DNA of 64,000 bases from positions 7,028-71,027 of the IMG/VR virus record IMGVR_UViG_3300034103_000398; one strand, given 5' to 3'. Positions 56,755-64,000 of this stretch are shown here, one piece after another. Positions within the stretch are counted from its first letter, which is position 1, and each line of letters starts with the position of its first letter. The notes beneath the pieces were generated by a model, which searched no databases, was not told the DNA's origin, and saw only the letters and a list, made by a program, of their open reading frames with translations. The translations under genes were made by a program, and so were the position numbers. Source of the stretch: a virus.

Positions 56755-59700
56755 TTAAGCATATGTGGCGTTCAATGTGTACCAGTTTGTAGCATTCATT
56801 GCTATGAATTCTACACATCCGCCTACAGGCAATGCATAAGCAACGTTGATTGCTGCGGCATTAATCGAATCTGATGTGTTTGGATAAACATTCAATGCGT
56901 TTGCGCCGCCGTTTCTAACAATAACTCGTAAACCTGCTTCTGCTGTCGGTAGTAAAACACCAGTACTTGCACCAACTGTGGTAACGTTGTTGATAGCTGT
57001 TACTATAACAGTAGCTGTACCTTGGGTAGATCCAGCCGCAGATACTGCATCTGTTGTACCAAAATCAAAGTACGTTGATCCTAGAGCACCGGTTGATGCG
57101 TTGAATGTTAACTTAGTTGTAGTTGCTTTTGCTGTTTGATTAGAGCCAGTTGCACCAACCATGACAGGATACAATGCAGTAGTTGCTACATCCTGTGTTG
57201 CATTAATTGTAGTGCTAGGACCTGCTTGTCCTGACGTACCGCTAATACCTGACGTACCGCTAATACCTGAAGTTCCACTCCATCCTGAAGTACCACTCCA
57301 ACCTGATCTACCACTGACACCAGTAGTACCACTTGCCCCACTCCAACCTGATGTTCCGCTGATGCCTGACACGCCTGACCATCCACTTGTACCACTGATA
57401 CCTGATGTTCCGCTTATACCTGTTGTACCTGACCATCCACTTGTACCACTGATACCTGATGTTCCGCTTATACCCGATGTACCACTGATACCAGTAGTAC
57501 CACTCCAGCCTGATGTACCACTAAAGCCTGATCTTCCACTGACACCAGAAGTACCTGAGATACCTGAGGTACCACTAACACCCGAAATACCTGTAGTACC
57601 TGACCAACCTGATGTTCCACTAAAGCCTGATGTGCCACTGACACCAGTAGTACCACTTGCTCCACTAGCACCTGACGTTCCACTCCAGCCTGACGTTCCA
57701 CTCCAGCCTGACGTTCCACTGATACCGGTAGTACCTGACTGTCCACTAGTACCACTGGTGCCGCTGAAGCCTGATGTGCCACTAATACCAGTAGTACCTG
57801 AAGTACCTGATATACCAGTAGTACCTGATGTGCCGCTGATACCTGAAGTGCCACTCCAACCAGACACACCTGTTGTTCCTGATGTGCCGCTGATACCTGA
57901 TGTGCCGCTGATGCCTGACGTGCCACTATATCCTGATGTTCCACTAAAGCCTGATGTGCCACTGACACCAGTAGTACCACTTGCTCCACTAGCACCTGAT
58001 GTACCTGAAGTTCCACTGAATCCTGATGTACCACTAAATCCACTAGTACCTGATAATCCAGAAGTGCCAGATGTACCTGAAGTTCCACTGAATCCACTAG
58101 TACCTGATAATCCAGAAGTGCCACTCCAACCAGACACACCAGTAGTACCACTTGCTCCACTAGCACCTGAAGTGCCTGACCATCCGCTGATACCAGTCGT
58201 ACCACTATAACCGCTGATACCAGTCGTGCCGCTTGTTCCACTTATACCTGATGTGCCTGATGTTCCGCTTATACCAGTAGTACCTGAATAACCACTGATA
58301 CCTGTAGTTCCGGACCATCCACTGACGCCTGTAGTACCACTTGCACCACTGACACCTGTTGTACCTGAGATACCACTTGTACCTGAGATACCACTTGTGC
58401 CTGAGATACCACTTGTACCACTATATCCGCTAATACCTGTTGTTCCGCTATAGCCGCTAATACCTGTTGTGCCCGACCATCCACTGACACCAGTTGTTCC
58501 GCTTATACCCGAAGTTCCTGATATACCCGAAGTTCCTGATGTGCCACTCCATCCTGAGGTACCACTGATACCTGAGGTACCACTATATCCACTGATACCA
58601 GTAGTGCCACTTATACCCGATGTACCACTATATCCACTGACACCAGTAGTACCACTCCATCCTGATGTACCACTGATACCGGTTGTACCTGATGTACCGC
58701 TTATACCTGACGTACCACTCCATCCTGACACACCTGACCATCCTGATCTACCACTTACACCTGTTGTACCTGAAATACCACTAGTTCCACTAGCACCAGA
58801 AACTCCAGATGCACCACTAACACCTTGAACTAACGCTAAGATTATTTCTAGTCCATTAGTAAATCCAGTAGTACCTGTTCCTCCTGAATTTAAGAATGTT
58901 ACCGGCACTGTCCAATAATTACCTATATCAGTTGGGTTACTAATAATCTCCCAACGTTGGAAGTTAGCACTGTTTGATTTGTCTTGTAACGTGATAGCTT
59001 CAGTAGTAGTTAACAGTGCAAGATATATGTCAATGTCAATACCATCATTAGTTAGTTTGCTGACATTCAATTGAGTTGCACTCGTTTGAGTTACATTATT
59101 CCATAGTATGTCTCCGTTACCTGGATCTCCTGATGTAGCACTTGTATCTGCGAAATATTCAAAGATAGTTGACGAGATGCCAGGAATACCTGAGGTACCA
59201 CTTATACCTGATGTTCCTGAATAACCACTAACACCAGTAGTACCACTATAACCACTAATACCGGTTGTGCCAGATGTTCCGCTTATACCCGAAGTACCTG
59301 AAGTACCGCTAAATCCACTGACACCAGTTGTTCCTGAAGTACCGCTAAATCCACTAACACCGGATGTTCCTGAAGTACCGCTTACGCCACTTATACCTGA
59401 TGTTCCTGAAGTACCGGAAGTACCTGACCAACCGCTAACGCCTGATGTTCCGCTTGTACCTGACCATCCACTGACACCGGTTGTGCCCGATGTACCTGAT
59501 GTACCGCTATAACCAGATATACCTGTTGTACCTGATGTACCGCTATAACCAGATATACCTGTTGTACCGCTAGTACCCGAGATACCTGATGTACCGCTAG
59601 TACCTGAATATCCACTTATACCTGTAGTTCCGGACCATCCACTAACTCCTGAAGTACCTGAGGTGCCGCTAAATCCACTAACACCAGATGTTCCTGATGT

Positions 59701-62700
59701 ACCACTTATACCGGATGTTCCACTATAACCGGATGTTCCACTTATACCTGATGTGCCTGATGTACCACTTATACCAGTAGTACCTGATGTGCCGCTGGCG
59801 CCACTTAAACCGCTCCATCCTGATGTTCCGCTGTATCCACTAGTACCTGATACGCCGGACTCACCGGACCATCCACTAGTACCTGATACACCTGAGTGAC
59901 CACTGATGCCTGAAGTTCCTGAAATACCCGAAGTACCTGACCAACCGCTAACACCTGAAGTACCGGTTGTACCTGATTGACCACTAATGCCTGAAGTGCC
60001 TGAAGTGCCGCTATAACCGCTAACACCGCTATAACCACTAACACCGGTTGTTCCGCTATAACCACTAACACCGGTTGTTCCGCTTATACCAGATGTGCCA
60101 CTAGTACCACTGTAGCCAGTAGTACCGCTTGTTCCTGATTCACCACTTGTTCCTGATTCACCACTTGTACCCGATGCACCTGACCATCCACTGACACCAG
60201 ATGTTCCTGAGATACCACTTGTACCACTATAACCACTAACACCGGTTGTACCAGAAACACCTGAAATACCACTCCAACCTGATGTTCCGCTGATACCAGT
60301 TGTACCTGAAATACCAGTTGTGCCACTCCAGCCCGAAACTCCAGATGTTCCTGAAGTACCGGAGATACCTGATTCACCTGACGTGCCACTATATCCACTG
60401 ATACCTGAAGTACCTGAGACACCCGATTCACCCTGAGTACCAACTGCTCCGTCTAAGTTTACCGTCCATGCAGCATACGTTCCAGACCCTGTAACAGTAA
60501 GAACGTTAACAGTCATGCTACCAGTACCACTGTCATAGGCTGTAATCGGACCGTTCATTGTATCTAGTGCATCAAAAGCAATAACAACGTCTTGTCCAAG
60601 TGTATATGCTAGACCAGTAGCAACTGTAAATGTTTTTGAGCCTGTGCCAATAGTCAATGTTGTTGAGCTAGTAGTTGCGTAAACATCACCTCGTTGACCA
60701 CTAGTACCTGAAATACCCGATGTGCCGCTAGTACCTGAATATCCACTTACACCTGATGTGCCACTAGTGCCACTTAATCCACTCCATCCTGAAGTGCCAC
60801 TTACTCCTGATGTACCTGATACACCGCTGATTCCACTCCATCCTGAGGTACCACTGATACCTGATGTACCGGACTCACCTGATGTACCGGACTCACCTGA
60901 TGTACCACTATATCCTGATGTTCCACTAATACCTGTTGTACCTGATATACCCGAAGTTCCTGAATATCCACTTACACCTGTAGTACCACTATATCCACTT
61001 ACACCTGTAGTACCACTATATCCACTTACACCGGTTATGCCGCTAAAGCCTGATATACCACTAAAGCCTGATTCACCTGACGTGCCAGATGTACCGCTGA
61101 TACCTGATGTGCCACTCCATCCGGATACACCTGATTCACCTGATGTGCCAGATGTACCGCTGATTCCACTCCATCCAGATACACCTGATTCACCTGATGT
61201 GCCAGATGTACCGCTAGTGCCGCTTATACCTGTAGTACCGCTTATACCTGTAGTGCCACTATAGCCACTTATACCTGACGCTCCAGATACACCTGATTCA
61301 CCTGATGTGCCACTAAATCCTGACGTTCCGCTTACGCCACTTATACCTGATGTTCCGCTAGCACCTGATTCACCTGATGTGCCACTAACGCCCGATGCTC
61401 CACTAGTACCTGATTCACCTGATGTGCCACTATAGCCACTTATACCAGATGTGCCTGACCAACCGCTTGTACCTGATTCACCAGATGTACCTGATTCACC
61501 GGATGTGCCGCTAAAACCACTCACCCCGGTAGTTCCTGAGAATCCGCTAACACCTGACAAACCTTGGGCGCCGGTCAATTCCATAGTCCAACTAGATGAA
61601 GGGTCACCGTTAGGAGTGCCACCATCGCCTATTATATCAGCATGTACTGCCCAACCAAAACCACCTGCAAATTGAATTAATGTTATTCTACCAAAGTAAT
61701 AGTATGTAGATCCGCTAGTATTATCAACTAAATTAACAAAGTTACCTACAGCATATGCACCAATATCTAATACATACCAATAAATGTTTGTGCCAACTAG
61801 TGATCCATCAGTTACGATTGAGTTACCAACCGATTGTGACGTATATCCGAGGCCTGAATATCCACTTACACCGCTGAACCCTGATTCACCTGATGTGCCT
61901 GATTCACCTGATGTACCACTGAATCCACTTATGCCGCTTCCTGAAAAACCACTAACCCCTGACGGGCCCTGTAACGGACCAATGTTAGTCCAGGTATCAT
62001 CTCCGTTTGATAATGCACCATCACCTGCATCATACCCACCACCTGAGTTTTCTACAATATAAAGTGTTCCTGCAGGAACACCATTTGGTAAGTATGTATA
62101 ATCAATAACACTGCCCGCAATATTCAATGATTTACCTGAGTAACCACTTATACCACTAGTACCACTGATACCTGAAGTACCTGATTCACCGCTTGTACCT
62201 GAATAACCACTGATACCTGTTGTACCTGATTCACCGCTTGTACCTGAATAACCACTGATACCTGAAGTACCTGATTCACCGCTTGTACCTGAATAACCAC
62301 TGATACCTGTTGTACCACTATATCCACTTATACCAGTAGTACCGCTTATGCCTGAATAACCACTTATACCAGTAGTTCCTGAGATACCACTAGTTCCTGA
62401 GATACCACTAGTTCCTGATTCACCTGATGTGCCACTATAACCGCTAACGCCGGTTGTACCTGAATAGCCACTAACACCAGTGGTACCTGAATAGCCACTA
62501 ACACCAGTGGTACCTGATTCACCACTTGTTCCTGATATACCTGAAATACCTGACCAACCACTTGTTCCAGACTCACCTGAAGTTCCTGATATACCTGAAA
62601 TACCTGACCAACCACTTGTTCCAGACTCACCTGAAGTGCCTGATATGCCTGATGTGCCTGATATGCCTGATGTGCCGCTATAACCACTTATACCAGTGTA

Positions 62701-64000
62701 TCCACTGATACCTGAAGTACCACTGATACCTGAAGTACCGGATACACCACTGATACCTGTTGTACCTGACCAACCACTTGTTCCAGACTCACCGCTTGTG
62801 CCTGATATGCCTGATATGCCTGATGTACCGCTATATCCACTTATACCGGTGTATCCGCTTATACCGGTGTATCCGCTTATACCTGAAGTACCGCTGATAC
62901 CTGAAGTACCGCTGATACCTGAAGTACCGCTGATACCTGAAGTACCGCTAGCACCAGAGGCGCCGCTGACACCTTGTACTAGAGCTAGAATTATCTCTAA
63001 CCCGTTATTAAAATTAGTAGTTCCTGTTCCGCCTGAACTCAAGAACGTTACTGGTAAAGTCCAATAATCGCCTACATCTGTCGTAGTTCCTGTTATTTCC
63101 CAACGTTGGAAGTTAGCACTATTTGATTTGTCTTGTAGAGTAATAACTTCGGTGTTTGTCAATAACGCAAGATAGATATCAATATCAATACCATCATTTG
63201 TTAGTCTGCTTACATTTATTTGTGTTGCATTTATTTGAGTTGAGTCATTCCATAAAACATCACCATTACCTGGATCTCCTGATGTAGCAGTTGTGTCTGC
63301 AAAGTATTCAAAAATAGTTGACGAGATACCAGGGATACCTGATGTACCACTTATACCTGATGTACCTGAATATCCACTAACACCTGTAGTACCACTGTAA
63401 CCACTAATACCTGTTGTTCCGCTGATACCCGAAGTTCCTGATATGCCTGAAGTTCCTGAAGTACCGCTTTCACCTGAAGTACCACTATATCCACTTATAC
63501 CCGAACCGCTATAACCACTTATACCCGAAGTACCGCTAGTGCCTGATTCACCTGAAGTTCCTGAATAGCCACTAACACCTGTGGTGCCCGACTCACCACT
63601 AGTTCCACTTATACCTGATGTACCTGACTCACCGCTAGTTCCACTATACCCTGATGTGCCTGATGTTCCACTAACACCACTCCAACCACTTGTTCCTGAA
63701 GCACCGCTTGTGCCTGATACACCACTAATACCTGACCAGCCCGATGTTCCTGAAGCACCGCTAGTACCACTTATACCTGATGTTCCGCTTAATCCTGATG
63801 TTCCGCTTGTGCCGCTATAACCTGATTCACCTGATGTACCGGACTCACCTGAAGTTCCTGAATAACCACTGATACCTGATGTACCGGACTCACCTGAAGT
63901 TCCTGAATAACCACTGATACCTGATGTTCCACTATAACCTGACTCACCTGATGTTCCACTATAACCTGACTCACCTGATGTTCCACTATAACCTGACTCA
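56755..64000 (-). CDS. giant (Gly-X-Ser/Thr)n repeat fibre-like protein, 5' end outside window (>2400 aa)
   Basis: frame continues upstream of 63162 ([12 protein letters not shown] domain repeat and more GxS repeats) with no stop seen. Confidence 0.85.
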   Translation of the reverse strand, partial: ESGYSGTSGESGYSGTSGESGYSGTSGISGYSGTSGESGTSGISGYSGTSGESGTSGESGYSGTSGTSGLSGTSGISGTSGASGTSGWSGISGVSGTSGASGTSGWSGVSGTSGTSGYSGTSGESGTSGISGTSGESGTTGVSGYSGTSGESGTSGTSGISGYSGSGISGYSGTSGESGTSGTSGISGTSGISGTTGISGYSGTTGVSGYSGTSGISGTSGIPGISSTIFEYFADTTATSGDPGNGDVLWNDSTQINATQINVSRLTNDGIDIDIYLALLTNTEVITLQDKSNSANFQRWEITGTTTDVGDYWTLPVTFLSSGGTGTTNFNNGLEIILALVQGVSGASGASGTSGISGTSGISGTSGISGTSGISGYTGISGYTGISGYSGTSGISGISGTSGESGTSGWSGTTGISGVSGTSGISGTSGISGYTGISGYSGTSGISGTSGISGTSGESGTSGWSGISGISGTSGESGTSGWSGISGISGTSGESGTTGVSGYSGTTGVSGYSGTTGVSGYSGTSGESGTSGISGTSGISGTTGISGYSGISGTTGISGYSGTTGISGYSGTSGESGTSGISGYSGTSGESGTTGISGYSGTSGESGTSGISGTSGISGYSGKSLNIAGSVIDYTYLPNGVPAGTLYIVENSGGGYDAGDGALSNGDDTWTNIGPLQGPSGVSGFSGSGISGFSGTSGESGTSGESGFSGVSGYSGLGYTSQSVGNSIVTDGSLVGTNIYWYVLDIGAYAVGNFVNLVDNTSGSTYYYFGRITLIQFAGGFGWAVHADIIGDGGTPNGDPSSSWTMELTGAQGLSGVSGFSGTTGVSGFSGTSGESGTSGESGTSGWSGTSGISGYSGTSGESGTSGASGVSGTSGESGASGTSGISGVSGTSGFSGTSGESGVSGASGISGYSGTTGISGTTGISGTSGTSGTSGESGVSGWSGISGTSGTSGESGVSGWSGTSGISGTSGTSGESGFSGISGFSGITGVSGYSGTTGVSGYSGTTGVSGYSGTSGISGTTGISGTSGYSGTSGESGTSGESGTSGISGTSGWSGISGVSGTSGVSGTSGWSGLSGTSGTSGVSGYSGTSGTSGISGTSGQRGDVYATTSSTTLTIGTGSKTFTVATGLAYTLGQDVVIAFDALDTMNGPITAYDSGTGSMTVNVLTVTGSGTYAAWTVNLDGAVGTQGESGVSGTSGISGYSGTSGESGISGTSGTSGVSGWSGTTGISGTTGISGTSGWSGISGVSGTTGVSGYSGTSGISGTSGVSGWSGASGTSGESGTSGESGTSGTTGYSGTSGTSGISGTTGVSGYSGTTGVSGYSGVSGYSGTSGTSGISGQSGTTGTSGVSGWSGTSGISGTSGISGHSGVSGTSGWSGESGVSGTSGYSGTSGWSGLSGASGTSGTTGISGTSGTSGISGTSGYSGTSGISGTSGTSGVSGFSGTSGTSGVSGWSGTTGISGYSGTSGTSGISGTSGTTGISGYSGTSGTTGISGYSGTSGTSGTTGVSGWSGTSGTSGVSGWSGTSGTSGTSGISGVSGTSGTSGVSGFSGTSGTTGVSGFSGTSGTSGISGTSGTTGISGYSGTTGVSGYSGTSGISGTSGIPGISSTIFEYFADTSATSGDPGNGDILWNNVTQTSATQLNVSKLTNDGIDIDIYLALLTTTEAITLQDKSNSANFQRWEIISNPTDIGNYWTVPVTFLNSGGTGTTGFTNGLEIILALVQGVSGASGVSGASGTSGISGTTGVSGRSGWSGVSGWSGTSGISGTSGTTGISGTSGWSGTTGVSGYSGTSGISGTTGISGYSGTSGISGTSGWSGTSGTSGISGTSGISGTTGVSGWSGTTGISGYSGTTGISGYSGTSGISGTSGISGTSGISGTTGVSGASGTTGVSGWSGTTGISGYSGTTGISGTSGTSGISGTSGTTGISGYSGTTGISGWSGTSGASGASGTTGVSGWSGTSGLSGTSGFSGTSGTSGTSGLSGTSGFSGTSGFSGTSGTSGASGASGTTGVSGTSGFSGTSGYSGTSGISGTSGISGTSGTTGVSGWSGTSGISGTSGTTGISGTSGTTGISGTSGFSGTSGTSGQSGTTGISGTSGWSGTSGWSGTSGASGASGTTGVSGTSGFSGTSGWSGTTGISGVSGTSGISGTSGVSGRSGFSGTSGWSGTTGISGTSGISGTSGISGTSGWSGTTGISGTSGISGTSGWSGVSGISGTSGWSGASGTTGVSGRSGWSGTSGWSGTSGISGTSGISGTSGQAGPSTTINATQDVATTALYPVMVGATGSNQTAKATTTKLTFNASTGALGSTYFDFGTTDAVSAAGSTQGTATVIVTAINNVTTVGASTGVLLPTAEAGLRVIVRNGGANALNVYPNTSDSINAAAINVAYALPVGGCVEFIAMNATNWYTLNATYA

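Noticed and set aside
57161-63986. Pro/Val-rich plus-strand and Val/Gln-rich alternate-frame ORFs
   Set aside because: Shadows of the GxS repeat codons.

Overview
This is a 64-kb segment of a large AT-rich dsDNA bacteriophage (jumbo/T4-superfamily-like; standard genetic code). Nearly everything is on the minus strand. Host-derived genes (iscU, rpoZ, ahpC/D, metK, ahcY, nrdAB) look proteobacterial. Layout: (1) 0.1-8.4 kb, small genes including HNH/GIY-YIG endonucleases, a Toprim protein, an HD (SpoT/Mesh1-like) hydrolase, a PNK-like kinase and two phosphatases. (2) 8.5-10.5 kb, a transcription unit with three structured RNAs followed by a DUF2828/TROVE(Ro60)-like vWA protein. (3) 11.3-26.6 kb, an array of about 55 tRNA and tRNA-like genes mixed with many unassigned structured RNAs, rrn-type boxA leaders, ahcY, and an upstream leader-peptide/terminator. 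(4) 27-41 kb, redox, ADP-heptose/NDP-sugar, Fe-S and SAM metabolism genes. (5) 41-52 kb, SleB-like hydrolase, a large structural protein, PAAR, glutaredoxin and nrdAB with homing endonucleases. (6) 52-64 kb, glycosyltransferases and a giant (Gly-X-Ser)n fibre-like protein that runs off the window edge. Best candidate for an undescribed system: about 10 small RNAs share a covarying closing stem plus an invariant CAGCAA motif. Three sit directly upstream of the Ro-like gene; the others carry tRNA parts (free anticodon loops, a circularly permuted tRNA, and the inverse permutation). A second candidate is an all-20-amino-acid leader peptide with terminator/antiterminator upstream of the tRNA array. 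All calls are by-eye motif and base-pair reading; no HMM, covariance-model or folding program was run.
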